Shown here: in pieces, positions 48,507 through 58,068 of the stretch
How the letters are laid out: every line of letters starts with the position of its first letter
Position numbering within the stretch: the stretch's first letter is position 1
DNA from: an archaeon
GTDB taxonomy: Archaea > Nanobdellota > Nanobdellia > SCGC-AAA011-G17 > GW2011-AR17
Reading direction: 5' to 3'
Assembly: GCA_018653605.1 (NCBI GenBank)
Contig: JABHYY010000041.1
Coordinates: forward strand, 2,874-66,873
DNA length: 64,000 nt
Program-made: the position numbers and the translations under genes
Notes under the pieces: generated by a model
What the model saw: only the letters and a program-made list of their open reading frames with translations
Databases searched by the model: none
Told to the model about the DNA's origin: nothing

Positions 48507-48929
48507 TAAATTTTAGGCAGAAGATTATTTCTAATAAATTTTTTAAAACTTAAAGTTTTGACTATCTATCTTGGAAGGACTAAGTGTGTGCCAGTTTTAA
48601 AACTCAATTGAAACTAACATGTATTAAATCTAGTCCCACTCAAAAAGACTCATACTAATTCCTCAAAATTATAAAGAATTAACCCTTTTCTAAACTCCCC
48701 ACATATCTTTTTTCTATTTTGGATTATACTCTTTTTTGAGAATTAACTTTTATACTTTAACAATTTAAAGGAATTAACTTTTTAAAAAGAGACAAAAATC
48801 AATAAACTGGAATTAATCCCTTAGTAAATTAGGGAAATTCTTTGTATTGACTACATTTGAACATAGACTTCAAAGCAAGTACAAGCAAGCACAATAATTC
48901 TTTTAAACAAGATTTGAATATATAAAACT

Positions 48930-50579
48930 ATGATAAAAGTTCTAGATGAAAAGCTTGTAAACAAGATTGCTGCTGGTGAAGTTATTGAAAAACCTGTGAA
49001 TGTGGTAAAGGAGTTGGTAGAAAACAGTTTGGATTCTGGTGCTGATGATATTTTAATTGAAGTTAAGGAAAATTTGATCAAAATTGAAGATAATGGTTGT
49101 GGAATGAGTAAAGAGGATTTGGTTCTTTGTATGAAAAGGCATGCTACTAGTAAGATTAGTTCTTTTGATGATTTGAATGGAGTTAGGAGTATGGGTTTTA
49201 GAGGTGAGGCTTTGAGTAGTATTGCTGCTGTTTCTGATATTAGTATTGTTTCTAAACAAAGTGGTGCGATGGAAGGTGGGATGGTGCATGTTGAGTTTGG
49301 TTTTCTTAGAGAGAGTAAAACTGTTGGTTCTTCTGAAGGTACTAAAATTGAAGTTAGGGATTTGTTTCATAACACTCCTGTTAGAAAAAAGTTTTTGGAT
49401 ACAAAAGAGAGTGAGAGGATTGTTGAGTGTGTGATGAAGATTGCTTTAGGGAATGAAGGAGTTAGGTTTAAGTTGGTTAAAGATGATAAAATTATTTTTG
49501 ATGTGTACAAAGGAAGTTTGTTAGATAGGGTTGTTGGGTTGTATGGTTCTGATTTTGTTAAGGATTTGGTTGAAATTGAGTTTGAAGATAAAGGGATTAG
49601 TATTTCTGGTTATGTTTCAAAACCTTCTTTGTTAAGAAAGGATAAAAGTATGCAAAGTTTTTTTGTGAACAATAGGTTGGTGGATGGTGCTGAAGCTTCT
49701 ATTGCTTTGTATGATGCTTACAAAAGTTTGTTGTTTGTGAATAGGCATCCTGTTGTTGTTTTGCATTTGAAAATGGAGGGTGTTGATGTTAATGTGCATC
49801 CTACTAAGAGAGAGATTCGGTTTGAAAATCCTAATTTGGTGTATAAGGTTATGTTTGATGCGATTCGAAGTGTGTTTCAGGAACAAGAGATGGTTTTTGA
49901 TGTGCAGGATAAGTTTGATTTTGGTGAGCCTGAGAAAAAAGTTGTTGAAGAGAGAGTTGTTGAGGTTAGTAAGCAACAGGGTTTGGTTGAAAGTTCTGAA
50001 GAAGGGTTTGTTCGTTTGCCTAAGTTGAAGTTGTTGGGTTGTGTTGGAAAAACTTATTGGGTTGCTGAAAATTCTGAAGGGTTGTTGTTGATTGATCAGC
50101 ATGTTGTGCAGGAAAGAATTTTGTACGAAAAGTTTATGAAACAGTTTGTTGATAATTCAGTTGAGGTGCAAGAGTTGTTGAATGGTGAGGTTATGGATCT
50201 TGATCCAAAGAATGCTTGTGTTCTAAGAGGGAATTTGGAGAGGCTTGCTGAGTTTGGGTTTAAGATTGAAGAGTTTGGTGGTGATAGTTTTTTAATTAGG
50301 TCTGTGCCAGTTATTTTTGGTGATGTTTTTGGTAAAGAGTTGTTGTTGGATCTTTTTGTTGATATGAAAAGTGTTGTAGATTATAAAGAGAAGGTTGTGA
50401 CAAGAATGGCTTGTCGCGCTTCTATTAAAGCTGGGGATGAGGTGTCTGAATATCGGCTGATGAGTTTATTAAAAGAGTTGGATAAGTGTGAGTTGCCTTA
50501 CACTTGTCCACATGGTCGGCCAATTATTATTAAACTTTCAATGTCTGATTTGGAAAAGATGTTTAGAAGGAAAGCTTAG
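48930..50579 (+). CDS. mutL: DNA mismatch repair protein MutL
   Basis: GHKL ATPase N-terminus IAAGEVIEKPVNVVKELVENSLDSGADDILIEV...DNGCGM. The C-terminal dimerisation region has a CPHGRP-type motif. Confidence 0.85.
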   Translation: MIKVLDEKLVNKIAAGEVIEKPVNVVKELVENSLDSGADDILIEVKENLIKIEDNGCGMSKEDLVLCMKRHATSKISSFDDLNGVRSMGFRGEALSSIAAVSDISIVSKQSGAMEGGMVHVEFGFLRESKTVGSSEGTKIEVRDLFHNTPVRKKFLDTKESERIVECVMKIALGNEGVRFKLVKDDKIIFDVYKGSLLDRVVGLYGSDFVKDLVEIEFEDKGISISGYVSKPSLLRKDKSMQSFFVNNRLVDGAEASIALYDAYKSLLFVNRHPVVVLHLKMEGVDVNVHPTKREIRFENPNLVYKVMFDAIRSVFQEQEMVFDVQDKFDFGEPEKKVVEERVVEVSKQQGLVESSEEGFVRLPKLKLLGCVGKTYWVAENSEGLLLIDQHVVQERILYEKFMKQFVDNSVEVQELLNGEVMDLDPKNACVLRGNLERLAEFGFKIEEFGGDSFLIRSVPVIFGDVFGKELLLDLFVDMKSVVDYKEKVVTRMACRASIKAGDEVSEYRLMSLLKELDKCELPYTCPHGRPIIIKLSMSDLEKMFRRKA

Positions 50580-50606
50580 AGTATAATAATTTTTATAAAG
50601 AGTGTT

Positions 50607-50984
50607 TTGATTATTTCTTTTATGGTAAGTGTTGTTAGAACTATTGGTGGTATTGCTTTGGCAGTTGGGTTAGGTAGTGCTGTTGGTGGTTGTAGTTGGT
50701 TAAACGAGAATTATGAAAAGGCCGATAGGATTGAAGAAAAAGCTGCTGGTGCTGATAAAGTTTTAAGTTCTGCAGAATTAGTACAAATGGCTAGGGATTT
50801 GGGTTATGAAGGTGTAATTAGACATGGTGATCATATTTATATAGATTCTAATTCTCTTAAATTGTGTGTTGCTGGTAGTTGTACAAAACTTAGTGATGAA
50901 GTTGTTGGTGCTTATTTGGCAGAAAAAGCTGGTGATGATGATGATTCAGGTAAAGTGTATTCTACAGTAATTATTTTTCCTTAG
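50607..50984 (+). CDS. Small secreted/lipoprotein-like protein
   Basis: Signal-like N-terminus ending ...GSAVGGCSWL, possibly a lipobox-type Cys. 125 aa. Confidence 0.4.
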   Translation: MIISFMVSVVRTIGGIALAVGLGSAVGGCSWLNENYEKADRIEEKAAGADKVLSSAELVQMARDLGYEGVIRHGDHIYIDSNSLKLCVAGSCTKLSDEVVGAYLAEKAGDDDDSGKVYSTVIIFP

Positions 50985-51102
50985 TTTTAGAAGGGTCAAT
51001 AGTAGCTTTGACTACAATGGGTTTCTTTGTTAAAATATTTTAAAGAGTATGCAATTCAAGCCAATAGAAAGATTTATAAGTACTCGATAGTGACAAAAAA
51101 TT

Positions 51103-51696
51103 ATGAAATTACTAGTTGTAGGGGATATTCATGGAGATAAAGGTTTAGCTAAAGAGCTCTCTGAAAAAGCTGAGAAAGAGGGTGTTGATTTTGTTGTTTT
51201 ATGTGGTGATGTTTCTGAATCTGATGAAAATTTTGAGGGTATTGTTGGTTTGTTTAAACAAAAAGTGTTTTTGGTTCCTGGGAATCATGATTCTGATGCT
51301 ACTGTTGATTTTTTGGCTGAGTTGTATAAAGGTAAGAATTTGGAAGGGTATGGGTATAAGCTTGGTGATGTTGGATTGTTTGGTTCTGGTTCTGTTGTTC
51401 AAGGTATTTTTCAAAAACCTGAAGCTGAAATTTTTGATATGTTAAGAAAAGGTGCTGAGTATGTTAAAGATTGTAAAACTAAAATTTTGGTGAGTCACAC
51501 TCATCCTGTTGGTACAAAAATGGAAAGGTTTTCTGAGTTTGTGCATGGAAGTGAAGGTTTGAGAAAAGCTATTGATGTTTTGAAACCAAATATGGTTTTT
51601 TGTTCGCATGTGCATGAAGCTGAAGGTATTGAAGAGATGATTGGTGAGACAAGAGTGATTAATGTTGGTAGGAAAGGTAAGATTATTGAGGTTTAG
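51103..51696 (+). CDS. Metallophosphoesterase (calcineurin-like)
   Basis: Motifs VVGDIHGD, LCGDV, VPGNHD, SHTHP and CSHVHE. Confidence 0.7.
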   Translation: MKLLVVGDIHGDKGLAKELSEKAEKEGVDFVVLCGDVSESDENFEGIVGLFKQKVFLVPGNHDSDATVDFLAELYKGKNLEGYGYKLGDVGLFGSGSVVQGIFQKPEAEIFDMLRKGAEYVKDCKTKILVSHTHPVGTKMERFSEFVHGSEGLRKAIDVLKPNMVFCSHVHEAEGIEEMIGETRVINVGRKGKIIEV

Positions 51697-51699
51697 AAA

Positions 51700-52548
51700 A
51701 TGATACTTTATACTGGTGGTTGTGATCTTGATGATTATATTACTGATGCAGAGAATGTGTTAGATGTTCAGGGTTGGTCTAAAGAAAATTTTCATGGTGC
51801 ATCTGCTTCTTTTTATTCTAATGAAACTTTTTTTGGTTTTAAATTTTTAATGAAATTGTTTAATGATACTTTTGCTGGTAGTGTCAGAAGACAACATTTG
51901 ATTAATAGAGAAATTAAAATTTTGAATGTTTGTACTGAAAATGATCTTTCAGGTTTTCCTAGACTTTATGGTTCTGGTGAAATTGAAGGGGATGATTATT
52001 TAATTATGAATTTTTTTCAAGGGAGAGAAGTTGTTAAATTAATTTCTGATCCAAATTTTGATAGATCTTCTTTTATTCCTTATTTGCCTCAATTGGCTGA
52101 TGATATTGGTGGATTACATGGTGTTGATTATATTCATAGAGATATTAAACCTGCAAATTTATTGTTATTAGAAGATGGATTTAGAATTGTTGATTTGGGA
52201 ATTGCTGTTTCTGTTGATGGAGATTTTAGAATTGGAAGAACTGCTGGAACTCCTGGTTACATGTCTCCTGAACATTGTGATGGTTTGAAATTGTCTCCTA
52301 CATCTGATGTTTATGCTTTGGGCATGACTTTGTATCAAATGCTTTTTGGTAAGCATCCCTTCTTCAAAGCTACTTCTACAAAAGAAGTAATGAATTGGCA
52401 AATTAATAAAATGCCTAGACCTTTGAGTGAATTTGTTTTTGTTCCTGAAGGTTTGAGTAGAGTTGTAATGAAAGCTTTGGCAAAATATCCTGATGATAGG
52501 TTTAGGAATGGTCATGAAATGGCTGATGCTTTAGCGAGGGTTTGTTGA
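51700..52548 (+). CDS. Hanks-type Ser/Thr protein kinase (atypical N-lobe)
   Basis: HRDIKPANLLL catalytic loop, DLG (DFG variant), GTPGYMSPE activation segment. No canonical GxGxxG loop. Confidence 0.7.
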   Translation: MILYTGGCDLDDYITDAENVLDVQGWSKENFHGASASFYSNETFFGFKFLMKLFNDTFAGSVRRQHLINREIKILNVCTENDLSGFPRLYGSGEIEGDDYLIMNFFQGREVVKLISDPNFDRSSFIPYLPQLADDIGGLHGVDYIHRDIKPANLLLLEDGFRIVDLGIAVSVDGDFRIGRTAGTPGYMSPEHCDGLKLSPTSDVYALGMTLYQMLFGKHPFFKATSTKEVMNWQINKMPRPLSEFVFVPEGLSRVVMKALAKYPDDRFRNGHEMADALARVC

Positions 52549-52549
52549 A

Positions 52550-53446
52550 ATGAGAAATTTTTTAACTGGGCTTTGGGAGGCAGCAAGAAAAGAAGATGAT
52601 TATTCTTTTGCTGATGTTAAAAGTTTTTTAGAAGATTTTGGTCCAAATTCTTGGGTTTATAGACCTGAGCTTAGAGGTGCAAATTCTAGAATTTTTACTC
52701 GTGAAAAGGAGTATGGGGATAGTGAACTAATGAAAGTTTTTCCTAAAGTGGCTATTACAAAACCCATTAAGCGTGAAGTGTTTAGAAGAGAGGTTGTTGC
52801 TTATATGAAATGTCAAGAATATTCTTTGTCAGGTTTTCCAATTTATACTCTCGAAGGGACTGTTATGGGAAGATTTTTTTTAGTTTTGCCTTATATTGAA
52901 GGAGATAATTTAGAACAAGCTTTGTGGAAAGAGGATTTTTCTCCTAAAGATGTTGAAGAATACTTGCCTAAACTTGCAAGAGATGTTGGTGGAGCTCATC
53001 TTGTTGAATTGGTTCATAGAGATCTTAAACCTGCAAACATTGTGGTTGGTTCTGATGGGTTATATATTGTTGATTTGGGTTTGATGATAAGTTCTGTAAG
53101 GGGAAGAGATTCTTTTTTTACTAGGAATTTGCTTGTTGGAACTCCTAGTAATATGGCACCTGAACAAATTAAAAGAGAACCTGTAAGTCCTAGGTCTGAT
53201 GTTTATTCTTTGGGTACTGTTTTATATCATATATATGCTGGTAGGAATCCTTTTAGAGAGAATAGTACTTTTGATCCAAGAAAAATTTTAAGAAGACAGT
53301 TGTATGGAAAAATGGAACCATTGGCAGATGTTTGTGATGTTTCAGTTGAGATGAATGATCTTGTTATGAAGTGTTTAGAGATTGAACCTTCTAAAAGACC
53401 TGCTGATGGATTGACTTTAAGTAGGGCTTTGGAAGAGGTTTTGTAG
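52550..53446 (+). CDS. Hanks-type Ser/Thr protein kinase paralog
   Basis: HRDLKPANIVV, DLG, GTPSNMAPE. Start is 2 nt after the previous stop. Confidence 0.7.
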   Translation: MRNFLTGLWEAARKEDDYSFADVKSFLEDFGPNSWVYRPELRGANSRIFTREKEYGDSELMKVFPKVAITKPIKREVFRREVVAYMKCQEYSLSGFPIYTLEGTVMGRFFLVLPYIEGDNLEQALWKEDFSPKDVEEYLPKLARDVGGAHLVELVHRDLKPANIVVGSDGLYIVDLGLMISSVRGRDSFFTRNLLVGTPSNMAPEQIKREPVSPRSDVYSLGTVLYHIYAGRNPFRENSTFDPRKILRRQLYGKMEPLADVCDVSVEMNDLVMKCLEIEPSKRPADGLTLSRALEEVL

Positions 53447-53447
53447 A

Positions 53448-54200
53448 ATGAGTTTTGAATTCCATCATAGTCATTTTAATGGATGTTTTGCTGATTTTGA
53501 AATTAGGGGAGATGATATTTTAAGAAAAAAAACTAAACTTAGAGGTTTAAGATATTTTTTAAATGAAGCAAAAACACATAAATTTTATTCTATGGCTGAG
53601 GTTTCATATGTACCAAATTTTTTAGGAGCTGGTGTGGAATGGAATTTGAGACCTTATATTGAAATGGAGTTAATTAAAGGATTAAATTTAGAAGAAATAA
53701 GTAAAGAAGAAGGGAGATTAGTGCGTAGGATTCCTTTGTTAGTTAAGATGGCTGATGTTGTTGCTGGTTTTCATTCTTTTGGGAAGTTGCATAGGGATCT
53801 TAAACCAAAAAATTTTTTAGAAGATGAACAAGGTAATGTTTATTTGATTGATTTGGGATTAGCTGCTTCCTTAGGCCATAAAGATCATTGGTTGGCTGAT
53901 GGTACACCCGCTTATATGTCACCGGAAGCAGTAAGTGCAAAACCTTTGTATGTTTCTTCTGACATTTATTCTTTAGGTATGATTTTTTATGCTTTGTTAG
54001 CTGGTCATCCCTTTCAAGATACTTCAAGTATTGAACAAATTATGAAGTGGCAAATTAAAAAAATGCCTAGACCTTTAATTGAAGTTGCTAATGTTTCTGA
54101 AAAAGTAAGTGATGCTGTTATGAAGTGTTTAAGGAAAGATCCTGATAGAAGATATAAGTCTGCAGAATACTTAAGAGATGATTTGGTAGCAGTTTTGTAG
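53448..54200 (+). CDS. Hanks-type Ser/Thr protein kinase paralog
   Basis: HRDLKPKNFL, DLG, GTPAYMSPE. Shares the C-lobe motif WQIKKMPRPL with the first paralog. Confidence 0.7.
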   Translation: MSFEFHHSHFNGCFADFEIRGDDILRKKTKLRGLRYFLNEAKTHKFYSMAEVSYVPNFLGAGVEWNLRPYIEMELIKGLNLEEISKEEGRLVRRIPLLVKMADVVAGFHSFGKLHRDLKPKNFLEDEQGNVYLIDLGLAASLGHKDHWLADGTPAYMSPEAVSAKPLYVSSDIYSLGMIFYALLAGHPFQDTSSIEQIMKWQIKKMPRPLIEVANVSEKVSDAVMKCLRKDPDRRYKSAEYLRDDLVAVL

Positions 54201-54353
54201 AAAGAAAAAAAATTGAAAGAAACGGGGGGAGGTGTGTTCTTTCTAATAGTAAAGATGTCTGATGCGGTTTATAAAGTGAAAGAAGTCTAAATATAGATCT
54301 ATAATCTATATTTTGGGAAAGGTTTTTATAAGGATGAGGGTTTTTGATAGGTA

Positions 54354-56411
54354 ATGACAGCTTTGATAATAGCAGAAAAACCATCAGCATGTAAGAAGAT
54401 AGCTGAAGCTTTAGCTGATAAAACTGTTGTGAAAAGCACTTATATGCGTAAAATACCTTATTATGAGATTGAGCATAAAGGGAAAAAGGTTATTGTTGTT
54501 TGTGCTGTTGGGCATTTGTATGGTGTTGCTGAGAAAAATAAAAAAGGTTGGACTTATCCTGTTTTTAATATTGAATGGAAACCTAGTTTTGAAGTTAGCA
54601 AGGGTAGTGCTTATACTAAACTGTATTTGAATTGTATTAAGAAGTGTGCAAAAGGTGCAAAAGAAATTATTTTGGCTACTGACTATGATGTTGAGGGTGA
54701 AACTATTGGTTGGAATATTGTAAGGTTTGGTTTGGGTAAGAAAAGTGCTGCAAGAATGAAGTTTTCTACTACTACAAAAGAAGATTTGTTAGGTGCTTAT
54801 GAAAATCAAAAGAAATCTTTAGATCTTAGGATGGCTGAGTCTGGTATTACAAGACATGAGTTAGACTTTTTTTGGGGTATTAACTTGTCTCGTGCTTTAA
54901 CTTTGGCTTTGAAAAGTGCAATGGGTGGGTTTAGGGTTCTTAGTTCTGGTCGAGTGCAAGGTCCTGCTTTGAAAATATTAGCTGAAAGAGAGAAAGAAAT
55001 TGCTAAATTTAAACCTGTTCCTTATTGGGAATTAGAATTGATTTGTAAAGAGTTATCAGCTTGGCATAAAGAGGGAAAATTTTGGGATAAAAAAAATGTT
55101 GATTTGATTGTTAAAAAGTGTAAAGGCAAGGATGCTAAAATATCTAAAGTTACAAGGAAAAGGTTTAAACATGATGCACCTCATCCGTTTGACCTGACTT
55201 CATTGCAAGTTGAGGCTTATAGGCTTTTCAGGATCCAGCCTAAGGAAACTTTATCAATTGCACAGGAGTTGTATTCAAATTCTTATATTTCTTATCCAAG
55301 AACTTCAAGTAATCAGTTGTCTGATAAGATTGGGTATTCTAAAATTTTGAAAGCAATGTCAAAACAAGATTTTTATAGGGATCTTTGTAAGGATTTGTTG
55401 AAGAAGAAAACTTTGAAACCTAATAATGGGAAGAAAAAGGATGCTGCACATCCTGCTATTTATTGTACTGGTGAGGTTCCTAAGAAGTTGGAAGAGAGAG
55501 AGAGAAAGATTTATGATTTGATTGTGAAAAGGTTTATGGCTACTTTTGCTGAGCCTGCTGTTAGAGAGAGTATGACTGTTACTGTTGATTGTGGTGGTGA
55601 AAATTTCCTTGCAAAAGGTGTTCGAACTGTTGAGGAAGGATGGTATAAGTATTATAGGCCTTATGTAAAAGTTGAAGAGCAAGAGTTTATTGTTAAGGAA
55701 GGTCAAGAATTGAATGTTAAAGAGTTGAAGTTGCATTCTAAAGAGACTCAACCTCCAAAAAGGTACACTCCTGCTTCTATAATTAAAGAGTTGGAGAAGA
55801 GAGGGTTGGGTACCAAGGCAACTAGGTCTGAAATTATTGAGCATCTGTTTGATAGAGGTTATTTGAAAAGGAATGGTTCAATTGCGGCTACTGGGTTGGG
55901 TATTAAGACTGTAGAGATTTTGGAAAAGTTTGTTCCTGAAATATTGGATGAAAAATTAACTCGAAGGTTTGAGAATGATATGGTTAATATTCAAGAGGGT
56001 AAAAAGAAAGAGAAGGATGTGTTGGATGATGCTGAGGCCTTTTTGGGTAAGTTGTTGAAGAAGTTTAAAGCTAATGAAAAAGAGATTGGTGAATTTTTGA
56101 AAGATGCTTTTGTGAAAACTCGTGATGAAGAGAGTTTTGTTATGGATTGTCCTGAGTGTAAAGGTAAGTTGCAGATTCGGTACACTCCTAGGTTTAAGAG
56201 TTATTTTATTGCTTGTTCAAGTTATCCTGATTGTAAGAAAAGTTTTAGTTTGCCTCGTGGTTTCTTAGCTCGTAGGTCAGATAAAGTTTGTGATGCTTGT
56301 GGGTTTCCAGAGGTTGTTTTGATTAGAAAGGGTAGTCGGCCTTGGCAGTTTTGTGTGAATCCTGAGTGTCAAAAGAAGAAAGAGTGGAAAGCTAAGCAAC
56401 AAAAAGAATAG
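54354..56411 (+). CDS. topA: Type IA DNA topoisomerase (TopA / Topo III-like)
   Basis: Toprim N-terminus (LIIAEKPSACKKIAEAL, DYDVEGE), active-site region SYISYPRTSS, and C-terminal Zn ribbons (CPECKGK...CSSYPDC; CDACGF...CVNPEC). Confidence 0.85.
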   Translation: MTALIIAEKPSACKKIAEALADKTVVKSTYMRKIPYYEIEHKGKKVIVVCAVGHLYGVAEKNKKGWTYPVFNIEWKPSFEVSKGSAYTKLYLNCIKKCAKGAKEIILATDYDVEGETIGWNIVRFGLGKKSAARMKFSTTTKEDLLGAYENQKKSLDLRMAESGITRHELDFFWGINLSRALTLALKSAMGGFRVLSSGRVQGPALKILAEREKEIAKFKPVPYWELELICKELSAWHKEGKFWDKKNVDLIVKKCKGKDAKISKVTRKRFKHDAPHPFDLTSLQVEAYRLFRIQPKETLSIAQELYSNSYISYPRTSSNQLSDKIGYSKILKAMSKQDFYRDLCKDLLKKKTLKPNNGKKKDAAHPAIYCTGEVPKKLEERERKIYDLIVKRFMATFAEPAVRESMTVTVDCGGENFLAKGVRTVEEGWYKYYRPYVKVEEQEFIVKEGQELNVKELKLHSKETQPPKRYTPASIIKELEKRGLGTKATRSEIIEHLFDRGYLKRNGSIAATGLGIKTVEILEKFVPEILDEKLTRRFENDMVNIQEGKKKEKDVLDDAEAFLGKLLKKFKANEKEIGEFLKDAFVKTRDEESFVMDCPECKGKLQIRYTPRFKSYFIACSSYPDCKKSFSLPRGFLARRSDKVCDACGFPEVVLIRKGSRPWQFCVNPECQKKKEWKAKQQKE

Positions 56412-56446
56412 AAATTGATTTAAATGGTTCTATTATTCTTTGGTTT

Positions 56447-56830
56447 ATGTTTGATCGTGCTGACTATGCAACACTTGCTGAAATTCCTGCTACTGCGGCT
56501 TCTGAGCTTGATAATTATAGACGAAGAATCCCTTTTGATTCTAGTGCAACAGACCAATTTGCTAGAATTCTTAAGAGTAGTATTCCTGTTATATCTCATT
56601 TAGATCATCATTTTGATGATAAATTGTATTGGGGTTTTGCTAGAGTTTGTAAACAAGTTGGTTATGCTATTGAAGATTTTGATGATCCTTCTGAATTATC
56701 TACTAGATTACAAATGGTTGTTAATGATTTGAAATATCCTTCTGGTTTGGATAGAGGTGAGTTGGATAATTTGGTTTCTTTTTGTAGACAATGTTCTGTA
56801 GAATTTATTGCTTTATCTGCTTCTGATTAA
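56447..56830 (+). CDS. Hypothetical protein (amino-acid composition atypical for this window)
   Basis: 127-aa ORF. It is R/A/D/S-rich, whereas neighbouring genes are K/I/N-rich. Confidence 0.4.
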   Translation: MFDRADYATLAEIPATAASELDNYRRRIPFDSSATDQFARILKSSIPVISHLDHHFDDKLYWGFARVCKQVGYAIEDFDDPSELSTRLQMVVNDLKYPSGLDRGELDNLVSFCRQCSVEFIALSASD

Positions 56831-56871
56831 AAGTTTTAGATTTTTGTGCATAACTCTTATATATAAGTTCC

Positions 56872-57261
56872 ATGTGCTATGCCATTAAGATGAGAGGTGT
56901 GATACTAGCAGGAATTATAGGTGTTTTGACTGTTCCTTCTTTTATGGTTAATGCTGGTGTTCAAAGTTCTAGGGCTTATGAAGCTCATCAAAATCAACAG
57001 ATTTTGCTTGCTTATGAACAAACTGATTTGAGTTCTCATGCTGAAATTTTTGGTGATTATGCTCGAGAATCTCTTGCTTTTTTGGCTACCCCTGATGCTT
57101 TTTTTCCAGGAACAAGTTTTTATAATGCTCCTGAAGCTCCTGTTTTTGGTCCAATGATGGATTGTATTGTTGATAGTGCTCTTGCTGGTGGAGAAACTAG
57201 AAGTTGTCTTGTTGAACCTGATGTTAAACCTTTAGAATTGGTTGCAAGCCTTCAGCAGTGA
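56872..57261 (+). CDS. Hypothetical secreted protein (composition atypical)
   Basis: Signal peptide MRGVILAGIIGVLTVPSFMVNA. Ala/Pro-rich mature part. Confidence 0.4.
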   Translation: MCYAIKMRGVILAGIIGVLTVPSFMVNAGVQSSRAYEAHQNQQILLAYEQTDLSSHAEIFGDYARESLAFLATPDAFFPGTSFYNAPEAPVFGPMMDCIVDSALAGGETRSCLVEPDVKPLELVASLQQ

Positions 57262-57790
57262 TTTTGAAAGGTAATTCTTTGTTGTTAGTTTTTAGAGTTC
57301 TTGGTTCTTTTGTTAATTCTATTGTGTACTTTGAAAAGTTTTTCCAGAGGTGGCCTGCTAAAGGAAGGTTTTGGCTTTTTTGGTTTGTGTAAACTTGTGA
57401 AGTTAGGATTACTGGTATTTTTAATTCTCTTAACATTTGTAATTGTCTTATTGTTGGTGGTGTGATTACTATTTTTTCTTGTACTTTTTTTCTGTAGTAG
57501 TGTGTGAATGAGTCTATTATTACTAGTGAAATGTTTTTCATGTCCTTTAGTGATTTTACTGTCTTGAATTGTTCGGAATATCTTTTTGGTTGTATTAAGA
57601 TTATATTGTCTAAGTTTGTTTCTGGGTTTATTTGTAGAAGTCTTTCTGGTGTGAATGAGTTTTCTGTGTCAATGAAAATAATTTTCCCTTTTGTGTGTGC
57701 TGCTTTTTGTAGGCATAGAGTAGTTTTACCTGTAGCTGGAGATCCGAATATTAAGCTGATATTATTTGGGAATTTTAGTTGTGATAGCAT
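57224..57790 (-). CDS. radB: RadB-like RecA-superfamily recombinase paralog
   Basis: Walker A LIFGSPATGKTTLCLQ, Walker B LVIIDSFT. Its roughly 190-aa size matches archaeal RadB. Confidence 0.65.
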   Translation of the reverse strand: MLSQLKFPNNISLIFGSPATGKTTLCLQKAAHTKGKIIFIDTENSFTPERLLQINPETNLDNIILIQPKRYSEQFKTVKSLKDMKNISLVIIDSFTHYYRKKVQEKIVITPPTIRQLQMLRELKIPVILTSQVYTNQKSQNLPLAGHLWKNFSKYTIELTKEPRTLKTNNKELPFKITAEGLQPILKV

Positions 57791-57888
57791 ATAATGTTCC
57801 TATGCTTTGGTTATTATATTGTTTTTGGTGTTAGAAATTTATTTAAATGAGTAATACTTAAAAAAAAGAATTAAAGGAGGGAATTATA

Positions 57889-58065
57889 ATGGTAAATAGT
57901 GCAAAAGTTAAGAAAGTTTTTAAAGCTTTATCAAGGGAAGGTGCTTATGTGAATATGAAGCTTGATGAGAATCGAGAGTTTGATGAGCAAGATACTGAGA
58001 TGTTACAAAATCTATTAACTACTTTACAAACTTTGACAAACAATTTAAGTAATGCTTTAAAATAA
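57889..58065 (+). CDS. Small hypothetical protein (58 aa)
   Basis: ATG preceded by ggaggg 8 nt upstream. Not in the supplied track because it is under 60 aa. Translation: MVNSAKVKKVFKALSREGAYVNMKLDENREFDEQDTEMLQNLLTTLQTLTNNLSNALK. Confidence 0.3.
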   Translation: MVNSAKVKKVFKALSREGAYVNMKLDENREFDEQDTEMLQNLLTTLQTLTNNLSNALK

Positions 58066-58068
58066 GTG

